DNA of 64,000 bases from Sedimentisphaerales bacterium (GCA_963663965.2 CAXXFK010000025.1:160001-224000); one strand, 5' to 3'; positions 19,519 to 29,998 are shown, numbered from the stretch's first letter. Made by a program: numbers and translations. Notes: generated from the letters alone by a model not told the origin.

Positions 19519-21017
19519 CACAGTCATCCCATAAACTTGCAGACTCTCCGCAAGAACTGGATTTATGAGTCAAAAACAGCCTTTCAGGTCGGTTTTTCCG
19601 GATAGGGAGTTATCACTTTTTTAGCCCTGGTCGCCAAACCTTTGCGGTTGATGCGATATGGCCCATTTTCTGCGGTTGAAAATTTCGTCTGGAAATTTAA
19701 ATCCGCTCAAAACCGGGCAGATATGCCTGCTGAGGGCTTGCAATCATCCTGGGCGAACCACGTGCTGTCCCACAGAAATTCATCACGCTGTAAATATCCA
19801 GCCGGCTAAACATGACACCTCGCAATAAAGTAAACAATCGCTTGAATGTTCCTTTCCATTTACCGAGATAACCGACAAAGCGGATCAGAATGTACGCCAG
19901 CAGAGCCATCCAGACCTGCCAGAGAATAGCGTTCTGGCTATGGCCTACAAAGTCAGCTAACTGCAACGTCTGTTTAATCTGTTTAAAGAACACCTCCACT
20001 CCCCAGCGGCATTATATAGCTCACAAATACTGCTGGGAGCCCATATTATATTGTTGGTTATAAATGAGATGCGTTTTATCTTACCGTCAATTTCCACATC
20101 GGCAGTCACCATCCTGATAGGCTCTGGATACGCTTCATAGCTTTTGGGTGTTTCCAGTTCAACCAAAACATCGCTGATAATATTACCTTTAGGGTCGCTA
20201 AGCGGTTTGATGACTCGATAAGACATGTTGTCTTTCGCTCTGGTAACCCAGAATACCCCCCGACTATCAAGTTCAGCCAGATGCTTGAAATCAACGTATG
20301 CCTTGTCAAAAACGGCTACTTCGCCACTTTGAAGATTCCCGCAAAGCCGATAAGCTTCTGTCGAGTCATGAGTTGAAGCATTCTTGACAATAGCGAACTG
20401 AGGAAGAAAGGTTTGAAGATTAAGCTGCATGTGACATTTAGCGGCGGCTTTGCGTCTGCGATGTTTGGCCCAGTCCATACAATTGGCCACAAGCTTTATC
20501 GTAGTAGAGTCTACGGCATGAATGGTTCTTTTAAACCTCCTGGGCAAACCGGAATAGCGGGCATCACGACCAAAATCTTTATACTTGTTTTGGATATGGG
20601 ACAGCACCTGCCAGAATAATGCCTCTGCCATAGCAGGGTCGCGCACTCGATTGGCATTAGACAGACCATTACGGCTTGGAGGGGTGGCATTACGGATCGT
20701 TGCCAGTGAACCGGCATGGTTCCGTAAGGTATCCGCCACATCATTCAGCGATAGGCTGTGGGCGATCTGAATATGCAGCATTGATACGACATGGGACCAC
20801 GGCGAAAAGGAACGGGATTGCTTATCTATCCCATACTCACGTGCAAGTTTGGGAACGAGAAACGCTGGAATATGCTGGCAAATCTGTTTGAGTATGGTAT
20901 AGTCATGTTTCATGGGTGACATAAGTTGCTCCTGTTTTTATAGTGATTACAGTGTAACTTATGTCATTCTATTTTGAAATAACTACTTGAAATTTAATAG
21001 CCTATGGGATGGCTGTG
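19519..21017 (-). mobile_element. IS4-family insertion sequence, 1499 bp
   Basis: TIRs CACAGTCATCCCATA (19519-33) and TATGGGATGGCTGTG (21003-17), 14/15 match; flanked by 9-bp direct repeat AAACCGGTT; encodes a DUF4372 + DDE transposase. Confidence 0.92.
19697..20922 (-). pseudogene. IS4-family transposase with a 1-nt frameshift near 20012
   Basis: ORFs 19957-20922 and 19697-19999 join as LY(K)CRWGVEVFFKQIKQ if one A is restored in TAT-AA-TGC; DSTTI, VFDKAY and YxxRWxxE motifs. Confidence 0.88.
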
Positions 21018-22044
21018 AAACCGGTTCAATAAAGTAACGGACCGGCTGTTTTTTAAATTCACATACTGATCTTAAAATGTCGTGCTGTCGGGGATGGAGA
21101 TTCTCAAGCATTTGTCGGACAGTTGTTTCAAGTTGAAGGGTATCTTTAGTGTGGGTCATGGCAAACAGGGTGAACGGCCAGTCAGGTGCAGAAGGCCTGT
21201 GGTAACAGTGGCTTACACAAGGGAAGGCGGCCAACTGCCGGCCGGCCTGTTCAATTTGATCGTCGGGAAGATCAAAAACGACCATGGCGTTTACACGATA
21301 GCCCATTTTTTGATGTTTCATGCGTGCGGCCATACGCCGGATAACACCATGCTGAAGCCACAGTTTAATCTGATCGATAACCTGAGATTCGGTCTGGTTG
21401 ATTTTGTTTGCGATCGATAAATAGGGCTGTGGCTCAATCGGCAAGCCGTTTTGTAATTGCCGGATCAATTCTTGCTGACTTTCGGAGATATTAATTTCTG
21501 AAGCTGAGTCGGCAACTTTGGGTGGTAAATGAGGATTATCCGGTTCCAGGGATTCAGATTCGTCTTCTGGATTATCTGCGATATTGAATCTTACTTTCAG
21601 CTTGAACATCTTGATAGTGGGTAAAGAATATACCCGATCCAGGTGGAAACGTGATTTCAGGTGCTGAATATAATCGTCTATGGCCTGCGGGGTGGGTACG
21701 GTCAGGGTAAACCAGAGATTCAAAGGATGATTTCGCTGATAGTTATGCGATACTCCCGGATGGGAACTGACATAGCCCGCCACGGTTTCCAGTTGGTCAT
21801 CCGGGATGGAAGCGGCGATCAGCGTGCTGACATATCCCAGTTTACGTGGTTCAAAAACCGGCCCAATCTGACGGATAATACCTTGATGGAAACACTGATG
21901 CAAAAAGTCCATTATGCTGGAGGAATCCAGTTGAAATTCTGCGGCAAGCCTGTCAAAAGGCCGGGATTCCACTGGAAAACCATGCTGGATGGCATCAATC
22001 ACTTTTTTATGCGCTTGAGATTGGATGTCGAGGAAATCATTCAT
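20983..22044 (-). CDS. ahbAB: Fused siroheme decarboxylase AhbA-AhbB (NirDL/GH-like)
   Basis: Two Lrp/AsnC-like halves: FPVESRPF...VSHNYQRNHPLNLWFTL and LPIEPQPY...HQKMGYRVNAMVVF...VSHCYHRP...WPFTLFAMTH; the last 11 aa are IS-encoded. Confidence 0.85.
   Translation of the reverse strand: MNDFLDIQSQAHKKVIDAIQHGFPVESRPFDRLAAEFQLDSSSIMDFLHQCFHQGIIRQIGPVFEPRKLGYVSTLIAASIPDDQLETVAGYVSSHPGVSHNYQRNHPLNLWFTLTVPTPQAIDDYIQHLKSRFHLDRVYSLPTIKMFKLKVRFNIADNPEDESESLEPDNPHLPPKVADSASEINISESQQELIRQLQNGLPIEPQPYLSIANKINQTESQVIDQIKLWLQHGVIRRMAARMKHQKMGYRVNAMVVFDLPDDQIEQAGRQLAAFPCVSHCYHRPSAPDWPFTLFAMTHTKDTLQLETTVRQMLENLHPRQHDILRSVCEFKKQPVRYFIEPVSQPSHRLLNFK
21018..21026 (+). repeat. Right 9-bp target-site duplication of the IS4 element
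   Basis: AAACCGGTT, identical to 19510-19518. Confidence 0.9.
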
Positions 22045-22143
22045 AAGAAAGCCGCTTTACGGATTAGGCACTAACTAATTATATGACAAGATCTTGTATG
22101 ACATTTTCTGGACAGTGCCGTTGCCGGGATTATAATATCCAAC

Positions 22144-23283
22144 ATGAAACAAGATGCATGTCACAATACAGGATGCTTTATTTTAGCAGGTGGAGGAACC
22201 GGAGGCCATTTATATCCGGGTTTTTCTGTAGCGGCAGCAATCAAAAAGCTGGCTCCGGAAGCGGAGATCCTTTTTCTTTGTACGGATCGTCCTTTCGATC
22301 AAAGCCAGATGCCAGGGTGTGGATATCCTTATGAGGTTCAGCCAGTGCGTCCTTTGCCTTCACCGGCGCGGCCGGTAACATGGCTGCCATTTTTGCGCGG
22401 CTGGTTTGGCAGTAAGGCTTTATGTCGAAAAATGATGACCCAACGACATGTCCGGGCAGTATTGGGATTGGGAGGGTATGCCTCCGGTCCGGCGATGAAA
22501 GTGGCGTCGGAACTGAAACTGCCGACCGCCATGCTGAATCCCGATGCCGTGCCAGGAAAAGCCAATCATTTTAGCGCGAGATTGGCAGACCGGATTTTTG
22601 TGCAGTGGGAAGAAACCCTTCCGCACTTTGGCCGTTACGCCTCCAAGTGTATAGTGAGCGGCTGTCCGATCCGGGATGATTTTTCTCATAAATTTGATCG
22701 TCACAAAGCCTGCCGGGAACTCAGGCTATCAACGGATAAAAAAACTCTGGTTATCGTTGGCGGATCACAAGGTGGGCGCAATGTCAACGAGGCAGCCGGC
22801 TGGTGTCTCAATGAACTGGGTTCCCGCTTTCTGGAAAATTGGCAGGTATTTCATATTACCGGGGCTAACGATCTGGATCGAACCAGGGAATTTTATCGCC
22901 AGTATCAATTAACCGTTCGTACTGAACCTTTTGTCGGCGATATGCCGCAATTGCTGGGGATTACCGACTGCCTGATCGGCCGGGCTGGTGCTTCGACACT
23001 GGCGGAATTAACCGCATTTGGGATTCCGGCCATCCTGTTGCCCTATCCTTATCACAAGGATCAGCATCAACTTTACAACGCACAGGTCCTGGCCCGAAAC
23101 CAGGGTGCAAAGATTGTGACCGACTATTGTGATCTGACCAGGACCGGACCGGAACTGCTTAAAACAATGCGTCAATCTCTGGCTGGTGACTCCTTGGAGC
23201 AAATGGCAATCGCTGCCAAAAATCTGGCACGGCCTGGAGCCGCTGATCAAGTGGCCCGGCATTTGATCGGTCTTTTTGAATGA
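22144..23283 (+). CDS. murG: Lipid II GlcNAc transferase MurG
   Basis: AGGGTGGHLYPG, GLGGYASGP, PGKAN, GCPIR, GGSQGG, RAGAST, PYP...HQLYNA. Confidence 0.92.
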   Translation: MKQDACHNTGCFILAGGGTGGHLYPGFSVAAAIKKLAPEAEILFLCTDRPFDQSQMPGCGYPYEVQPVRPLPSPARPVTWLPFLRGWFGSKALCRKMMTQRHVRAVLGLGGYASGPAMKVASELKLPTAMLNPDAVPGKANHFSARLADRIFVQWEETLPHFGRYASKCIVSGCPIRDDFSHKFDRHKACRELRLSTDKKTLVIVGGSQGGRNVNEAAGWCLNELGSRFLENWQVFHITGANDLDRTREFYRQYQLTVRTEPFVGDMPQLLGITDCLIGRAGASTLAELTAFGIPAILLPYPYHKDQHQLYNAQVLARNQGAKIVTDYCDLTRTGPELLKTMRQSLAGDSLEQMAIAAKNLARPGAADQVARHLIGLFE

Positions 23284-23410
23284 ATACCTGCCTGGAATTC
23301 AGGGTTCAAGAATTTTCTGTAGAGCCCAAGTGTAGACTAACATATTATATGTAAAGGGATTATATTAATAAAAGCCTATATCAAACCGGTGTGCGCTAAA
23401 TAATTTTATT

Positions 23411-23440
23411 TTGACAGGCTATTGGGCAATTTGATATTAT
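23411..23440 (+). promoter_or_regulatory. Candidate sigma70 promoter for the lyase gene
   Basis: TTGACA, 18-nt spacer ending TGA, then TATTAT (extended -10). Confidence 0.45.
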
Positions 23441-23673
23441 ATCAAGTATTGAGAAATTAATGATCTTTGAATCAAACAAAGGACCGGAAAATTGACAGCA
23501 TTTATGGGAACTGGCGGGATTTAGACCAGAACCGGTCATTTTATTCAGTCATATTTCAAAAAAGTGTAATCGGATATTTGTTGACTATTGAAATGATGTC
23601 ATAGGCAGAACAGGGATATTCCTGTTTGCATCGTCAGGTATTGATTTTTTACCTGATAACCGGAGATAAGGTT

Positions 23674-26034
23674 ATGAACTCTATACGAATGATCTGGATT
23701 GGGTTAATGCTTCTGGTATGTGTAACAGTCGGTTATGGCGCCGATGGTTTCGCCCAGAATGTTACCGGCGGTGAGGGGGGGCTGGTAGTGAGTCCGGTGA
23801 CAGCCATTGAATTTGAAAATTATGTCGAATCGGATGACCCATTGATCATTCAAGTAAGCGGAACAATCGATCTGGGCCTGGGTGACGGGAATGGCAAGGT
23901 TCATATCCGTCCCAACAAGACGATACGCGGGGTGGATCCAAACGCTACGATTATCGGCAACCTGGCATTTGAGAATGATTATCCCATCCAGAATGTCATT
24001 ATCGAACGGTTGAATATTACCAATCCGGATGGCTATGGTGAAGGGGATGGGATTACGATTGCCCGGGTAGGCGAAATCTATGTCCATCATTGCAATATCT
24101 TCGACTGTGATGATGGTTGTGTCGATATCTCCCGCGAGGCGGATAACGTTACTGTGGCATGGTGTAAGTTTTATTACACCGGAAATAACGGCCATAACTT
24201 TGTGAACCTGATAGGAGCCGGCGACAGTCATACCGGCGATCTGGGAAAACTGCATGTCACATTTCATCACAACTGGTGGGGTATGAATTGTGTGGAGCGG
24301 ATGCTTTCAGTGCGTTATGGACGGGCGCATATCTATAATAACTATTACAGTTGTCCGGGTAACAATTATTGCACCCGTTCCCGTTTATATGCCGAATGTC
24401 TGATCGAGAATAACTATTTTAATGGCGTGGATGAGCCGTATGTGCTTTATATCACCGAAGGGGATCCCGAAGGGAAGATCGCTGCTTCCGGAAATGTATT
24501 GATGAATACCACCGGTGAGGTTCATCCGGGCACGGATATCGTTTTTGAACCGCCCTATCCGTATTCACTGGATAAGGGAGAGGATGTTCCTGCGCGGGTA
24601 CAACGGGGTGCGGGAGTGGATGGGATTGACAATCCGGATTTGCCGGCGCCCGGCCTGGGCCGGATCACCCGGCAATGGTGGGATAATATCTCCGGATCGA
24701 CTGTCAGTGAACTGACTGGTCACCAGAATTACCCGGATAATCCAACCGGATCCCAGGTGATTTCTTCGCTTCTGGAACCGCATGATTGGGGCAATGCCTT
24801 TGGATCGCGGCTCATCGGCTATTTGTATCCGCCCCAAACCGGAGATTACACCTTCTGGCTGGCGTCAGCAAACCAGAGTGAATTATGGTTAAGTACCGAT
24901 GGTGATCCGAATAACGCGGCCAGAATTGCGGTTGTGGCTGGATCGACCAATCCTTTTGCCTGGGAGTCAGGCCCCCAGGAATCGCCGGTGATTCTCTTGG
25001 AGGCAGGAAAGAAGTATTATCTCGAAGTGCTGCATAAAGGTGGCGATTCGGGTCTGGATCATTTATCGGTGGCCTGGGCAGGACCGAAACTGCCGCGTCA
25101 ATTGGTTGCCGGGATTTATCTGTCTCCCTGGCCCAATCGATTTGCCGGAGATTATTCACAGGATGGGATGGTTAATTTCATCGATCTGGCCCGGCTGATG
25201 TCGCTTTGGCTACTGGATGATTGCCATTTGACCGCAGCAGTCGATCTGAATGGCGATTGTGTGTCAGACGACTATGAACTGATGAGTCTGTTGGGTAACT
25301 GGCTTGCCGGGGAGCCTGATCTGACTCCGCCGGCCGCTCCAACCCGAGTCTGGGCCCTGGGCGAAGATGGTCAGGTTAAACTGGAGTGGGATGATAACAC
25401 CGAAGAGGATCTGGCGGGCTATGCCGTTTACCGGTCGGAAGATCCCAACCAGGGTTATGTCCGCCTGACTGAGACCTTAATCACCAGCTCATCTTTTACC
25501 GATCTGAATGTTGAAAATGGTACAACGTATTATTATGTGATTGCCGCCATTGATTTCAGCGGCAATCGATCAGCTAATAGTCTGGAAGTGTCTGCTACTC
25601 CTAACGGGGGGGGAATCCGGATCGTGACGTTCCAGGAAGATGCCATTGGATACTGTTATGTGGATGGCTTCATTGAAGATGAGCACGCCGGATTCACCGG
25701 AACGGGCTACGCGAATACGGATAACGCGACAGGTAAGGGGATTGTCTGGAAAGTGAATATCCCTGTTGACGACCTGTATCAATTTACCTGGCGTTTTGCC
25801 AACGGCAGTAGTGCGCGTTCCGCGCGCCTGTTAATCAATGGCATTGAAATCGTTTCCAGTCTGGATTTTCCTGCCACTGGAGCATGGACAACTTGGAGTG
25901 AAGTGTCTGTGGATGTCGTTCCCGAAACCGGGATTCTCGAAATTCGTCTGGAGGCCACTTCTTCAGGGGGACTGGCCAATGTCGATTTTATGCAAATTAC
26001 CGGCGAGAATCCTCAACCTCTTAATTGCCAGTGA
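23674..26034 (+). CDS. Multidomain pectate lyase (PL1) with PA14, dockerin-like, FN3 and CBM35-like modules
   Basis: VTGGEGG, GDGITI, DGCVDI, VTFHHNWW, VRYGRAHIYNNYY; PA14 (GYLYPPQTGDYTFW, YYLEVLHK); GDYSQDG/DLNGDC; PPAAPT...YYYVIAAID; HAGFTGTGYAN...TGAWTTW. Confidence 0.9.
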   Translation: MNSIRMIWIGLMLLVCVTVGYGADGFAQNVTGGEGGLVVSPVTAIEFENYVESDDPLIIQVSGTIDLGLGDGNGKVHIRPNKTIRGVDPNATIIGNLAFENDYPIQNVIIERLNITNPDGYGEGDGITIARVGEIYVHHCNIFDCDDGCVDISREADNVTVAWCKFYYTGNNGHNFVNLIGAGDSHTGDLGKLHVTFHHNWWGMNCVERMLSVRYGRAHIYNNYYSCPGNNYCTRSRLYAECLIENNYFNGVDEPYVLYITEGDPEGKIAASGNVLMNTTGEVHPGTDIVFEPPYPYSLDKGEDVPARVQRGAGVDGIDNPDLPAPGLGRITRQWWDNISGSTVSELTGHQNYPDNPTGSQVISSLLEPHDWGNAFGSRLIGYLYPPQTGDYTFWLASANQSELWLSTDGDPNNAARIAVVAGSTNPFAWESGPQESPVILLEAGKKYYLEVLHKGGDSGLDHLSVAWAGPKLPRQLVAGIYLSPWPNRFAGDYSQDGMVNFIDLARLMSLWLLDDCHLTAAVDLNGDCVSDDYELMSLLGNWLAGEPDLTPPAAPTRVWALGEDGQVKLEWDDNTEEDLAGYAVYRSEDPNQGYVRLTETLITSSSFTDLNVENGTTYYYVIAAIDFSGNRSANSLEVSATPNGGGIRIVTFQEDAIGYCYVDGFIEDEHAGFTGTGYANTDNATGKGIVWKVNIPVDDLYQFTWRFANGSSARSARLLINGIEIVSSLDFPATGAWTTWSEVSVDVVPETGILEIRLEATSSGGLANVDFMQITGENPQPLNCQ

Positions 26035-26039
26035 TACTC

Positions 26040-26935
26040 TGGTACAGACCTGCCCTATTGCAAGGGATTTTCAACCTGCGATAATCAGGGCATGTATCTC
26101 AAGAAACATCAGCGAAAGAAGAACGGCAAATACCATACTTACTACAGTATCGCCGAGAAGCGTAAGGTCTCTGGCGGACGTTACGTCGAGAAGAGGGTAC
26201 TGTATCTGGGGGAGATCTCGGATTCCCAGAAGAGTTGGGAGAAATCCATTGAGATTATCAATGAGGATAACCAGCCGGTTCGCAAAGCGTTATTCGCTTG
26301 CGATCCGGACAGCCAAACCCATCATGAGGTCGATACCATTCCGGTCAAGCTGTCAAAAATGAAGCTGGAGAATCCCAGGGCCTATGGGGACTGCTGGCTG
26401 GGCTGCGAGATCTGAGACCGGCTGGGGCTGGATCAATTCTGGTCTGCCAGAATCGACACGGCCTCATCACCAGTGGCCTATTCCCAAGTAGTCAAACTGC
26501 TGGCGGTGAACCGTCTGATCCGGCCGGGGGCTGAGTTTTATGTCCATCATCACTGGTTTAGCCAGACGGCGATGGATGTCTTGCTGGACTGTGATTTTGC
26601 GGTGGCGGAAAAGAACCGGCTTTACCGTTGTCTGGACCGGATATTGCCTTATAAAGAAGCGCGGTGTTCTTATTTGAAAGAGACCTGGCAGATGATGTTC
26701 AACCTGGAATACAACATTCTGCTGTACGACAGGACTCTGCTGCTGCAGAGATATACCGAACCGCAAGAGGACCAGAAACGGCTGCTGTACCGCCTGGGCC
26801 TGGAACTGCCGCCGCAGAAACCGCCGAAAATTCATCACGGCCAGATCAAAAAATGATCCCATTTTGGCGACAGACCAACCGCTCTGACAGGGGCAAAAAG
26901 CCACTTTTAACCCCCTATGTGAGAAATTTGGGCTA
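26040..26935 (+). mobile_element. IS1634-family remnant (internally deleted); boundaries approximate
   Basis: Transposase N- and C-termini present; candidate right end ...GAGAAATTTGGGCTA; no matching left inverted repeat found. Confidence 0.6.
26092..26856 (+). pseudogene. IS1634 transposase pseudogene (TGA at 26413, in-frame deletion at about 26730)
   Basis: MYLKKHQRKKNGKYHTYYSIAE...VLYLGEI; same frame continues past the TGA (LAVNRLIRPG, LYRCLDRI, LLYD) then jumps directly to C-terminal RYTEP...LELPPQKPPKI. Confidence 0.85.
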
Positions 26936-27028
26936 AAAGATTTGATTCATGGCCAGGTGGGCATTATCAATTGTAAGAAAAATAACAGCAATCCGAACTT
27001 GTCCACAATACTATCAATTCTTATTCCA

Positions 27029-27919
27029 CTACCTCGAATATCCGGGCAGTTCGCCCCAGTGAAGTTTGGCGTTGAGGATCTGCCACTGGCTGTGGGCGGG
27101 ATTGCGGATGAGGATAAATTCGGTGGGTGACGGTGTAATTTCGATAGTATCTTCGAAGTGCAGGGGGGTGTTAATCTGGCCGTCGATGGCGGCGACTCCG
27201 TCGTGAGGGGCGATCGGGCGGCCGGCACGGGCGCGGTTGTCGCGACACTGAACGGTGATGGGTTTATCCAGATCCACAACGATCGGGCGGAAGTTGAGAG
27301 AATGGGCGGCCAGGGGTGTAATGACGGCGCCTTTGATCGTGGGTGCGAGAATCGGGCCGCCGGCGGAGAGGTTATAGGCGGTGGAACCGGTCGGAGTTGC
27401 GATAATAAGGCCATCCCCGGCGCAGAGGGCCAGATGTTCGCCGCCGATCCAGACCGACACTTCGATCATGCGGAAGGGCGGCCCGGCGATAACGGCCAGT
27501 TCATTCACGATCATGGAGCGGAACGGCTCGCGATGCGGCCCTTGAATCACGGCTTGAAGAATAATGCGGCGGGTATAACAACTGCGGCCGGCTTCAGAGG
27601 TGATCCAATTAAAATGCTGTTTGAGTTCTTCCAGGGTAAACTCCGCCAGGAAGCCGAGTTTGCCGGAATTGACGCCAATAATGGGAATTTGATTCGTACC
27701 CATTGACCGAACCGTTCCCAGAATCGTGCCGTCTCCTCCCATGACCACGGCCAGATCGGCTTGTTGATAATTAGCAACTGAAATTCCGCCCTGAAAATTG
27801 TCCGCGACAATTTGAGCCCGGCCAGTCAACCACCGTTTTAAATCGTTACCCATTTCCATACTGGCCGGCTTTTCGTGATTGGCCAGAAGAACAACTTTAA
27901 CAGGCTGGGGCTTGTTCAT
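27029..27919 (-). CDS. nadK: NAD kinase
   Basis: GGDGTIL, GKLGFL, VNE, GDGLIIATPTGSTAYNLSAGGP, IDGQ. Confidence 0.95.
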   Translation of the reverse strand: MNKPQPVKVVLLANHEKPASMEMGNDLKRWLTGRAQIVADNFQGGISVANYQQADLAVVMGGDGTILGTVRSMGTNQIPIIGVNSGKLGFLAEFTLEELKQHFNWITSEAGRSCYTRRIILQAVIQGPHREPFRSMIVNELAVIAGPPFRMIEVSVWIGGEHLALCAGDGLIIATPTGSTAYNLSAGGPILAPTIKGAVITPLAAHSLNFRPIVVDLDKPITVQCRDNRARAGRPIAPHDGVAAIDGQINTPLHFEDTIEITPSPTEFILIRNPAHSQWQILNAKLHWGELPGYSR

Positions 27920-27945
27920 GGGCAAACGTTTCCAATAGAGGATTT

Positions 27946-29850
27946 TTACTCAAGCCGGACTGTCTGGGCACGATGTAAATGGGAACGCACACAGGCGGCT
28001 ATCGAATCGGCATCGAGTCCGGCTTCGGCCAACTGGCCTTTGCGGCTGTTCTGAGCGATATAACGGTCTGGAATACCCAGACGGGTAATCTGTTCGGTGG
28101 GCCAGCCTCGATCACGGGCGAATTCGAGCACGGCGGCGCCAAAGCCGCCGATGAGAGCATGGTCCTCAAGCGTGAAGACCGGAACAGGATTATCGACTAA
28201 TAAATCACGCCAGAGGGCCTCGTCGAGCGGTTTGGCGAAGCGGGCATTGACGACACCGATCTGCAAGTCATCGCGTTGTAGTTCGCAGGCCGCTTCGATG
28301 GCCTCATAGGCCAGGGTGCCGTAGGCGACAATCACAGCATCGCGTCCCGGCTGCAGCCAGACAGACCGGCCGGAGACATAAGGGGTTCGGGAATCCTGAT
28401 GGGAGTCGGGCTTGACCACATCCCGCGGGTAACGGATCGCACAGGGTTTATTACCATTCAGAGCATAGCATAAGGCCTCTTTCATATCGAGATCATCAAT
28501 CGGTGCGATCAGTTCCAAACGAGGCAGCACCCGCATAAAGGCGATATCGCTGAAGCCATGATGAACGGCGCCATCGCCCCCCACCAGGCCCGCACGATCC
28601 ATACAGAAAACAACCGGCAGATCCTGGAGTGAAACCTCCTGGAAGACCTGATCGAAACCGCGCTGCATGAAGGTGGAATAGATCGCGACGACCGGTTTCC
28701 AGCCGGTTTTGGCCAGACCGGCGGCGATATTGACCGCACCGCTTTCGGCGATACCAACATCGATCACCCGGTTGGGAAACCGTTCTTTGACCCGGGCCAG
28801 GCCGGTGCCGTCGGGCATGGCGGCAGTAATCGCGATGATCTTTTCATCCTGCGCCATCAAGTGACTGAGATGGTCGGCAAAGGATTCGGTAAAGCTATGT
28901 CCGGGATGCTCTTCAAAGCTGGCCGACTCGCCATTGAGTTTAAACGGCGACGGGCTATGGAAGGTAGTCGGATCTTCGATGGCCGGTTCGAAACCGCGGC
29001 CTTTATCGGTATGGACATGCAACAGTACCGGATGTTCAATTTCGTGCAGGGCGCTGAAGATTTTGATCATGTTTTCCAGATCGTGACCATCGATGGGACC
29101 ATAAAAGGGCATACCCAGTTGTTCAAACTGATGTCGACCCAGCAACAGGGTCTCGAAGCTGTCACGCAGACGGGCAATGGTATCATGAATCGCTTCGCCA
29201 AACATGGGCAACCGTTTGACCATGAGTTTGGTGCGACGGTGGAGGTCTTCATAGGAACGGGACACCCGCAATTTGGTCAGATACTGGGCGAAAGCTCCCT
29301 GGGTCTTATCGATGGCCATGAAATTATCGTTCAGGATAATGAGCATCTGACGTTTGATCAGGTTGATATTGTTGAGTCCTTCGAACGACAAACCGTTGAC
29401 AATACTGGCGTCGCCGACGATAGACACCACCTTACGATCGCTCTGCTGCATCTGTTCGCCCAGCGCCAGCCCCACTGCGGTGGCGACCCCGGTACCGGCA
29501 TGACCGACATAGAACTGATCATATTCGCTTTCGGCAGGACTGGGAAACCCACTGATCCCGCCGGCCTGACGCAGTTTATTGAACCGGTCCGCGCGTCCAG
29601 TCAGTATTTTGTGCACATAGCATTGATGACCCACGTCAAAGACCAGCCGGTCGTGGCTGAAATTAAAGACATAATGCAACGCTATGGAGAGCTCGACTAC
29701 ACCCAGATTACTGGCCAGGTGGCCACCGCTCTGGCTAACCGATAATTTTATCAGTTGGCGGATTTCATCGGCAAGTTGGTAGAGTTGATCCATACTCAAC
29801 GTTCTGAGTTTGGCGGGAGTATCAATCGTTTTTAAGAGCGAATCTGTCAT
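27946..29850 (-). CDS. dxs: 1-deoxy-D-xylulose-5-phosphate synthase
   Basis: GGHLASNLGVVEL, FDVGHQCYVHKILTGR, VGDA...NDN, GPIDGHD, DVGIAE, AIYSTFMQRGFDQ, DRAGLVGGDG. Confidence 0.98.
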   Translation of the reverse strand: MTDSLLKTIDTPAKLRTLSMDQLYQLADEIRQLIKLSVSQSGGHLASNLGVVELSIALHYVFNFSHDRLVFDVGHQCYVHKILTGRADRFNKLRQAGGISGFPSPAESEYDQFYVGHAGTGVATAVGLALGEQMQQSDRKVVSIVGDASIVNGLSFEGLNNINLIKRQMLIILNDNFMAIDKTQGAFAQYLTKLRVSRSYEDLHRRTKLMVKRLPMFGEAIHDTIARLRDSFETLLLGRHQFEQLGMPFYGPIDGHDLENMIKIFSALHEIEHPVLLHVHTDKGRGFEPAIEDPTTFHSPSPFKLNGESASFEEHPGHSFTESFADHLSHLMAQDEKIIAITAAMPDGTGLARVKERFPNRVIDVGIAESGAVNIAAGLAKTGWKPVVAIYSTFMQRGFDQVFQEVSLQDLPVVFCMDRAGLVGGDGAVHHGFSDIAFMRVLPRLELIAPIDDLDMKEALCYALNGNKPCAIRYPRDVVKPDSHQDSRTPYVSGRSVWLQPGRDAVIVAYGTLAYEAIEAACELQRDDLQIGVVNARFAKPLDEALWRDLLVDNPVPVFTLEDHALIGGFGAAVLEFARDRGWPTEQITRLGIPDRYIAQNSRKGQLAEAGLDADSIAACVRSHLHRAQTVRLE

Positions 29851-29998
29851 AGGTATTATTCAATCCAAACGGTCGAAAGAACCGTTTGACTCAATTATCT
29901 CCAAATTAAATTATTTTTGTTTATTTTAACAAGCGGTCAGGATGCATTCCACTCATACGATCAGCAACAGACAAACCGGCACCCAGCCAGTATGCCTT

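Noticed and set aside
19995..20025. Programmed ribosomal frameshift in the IS4 transposase
   Set aside because: No slippery heptamer, and IS4-family transposases are normally a single ORF
26413..26415. Selenocysteine or recoded TGA in the IS1634 ORF
   Set aside because: Position fits a TGG-to-TGA nonsense change in an element that has also lost its catalytic core; other genes here use TGA as stop
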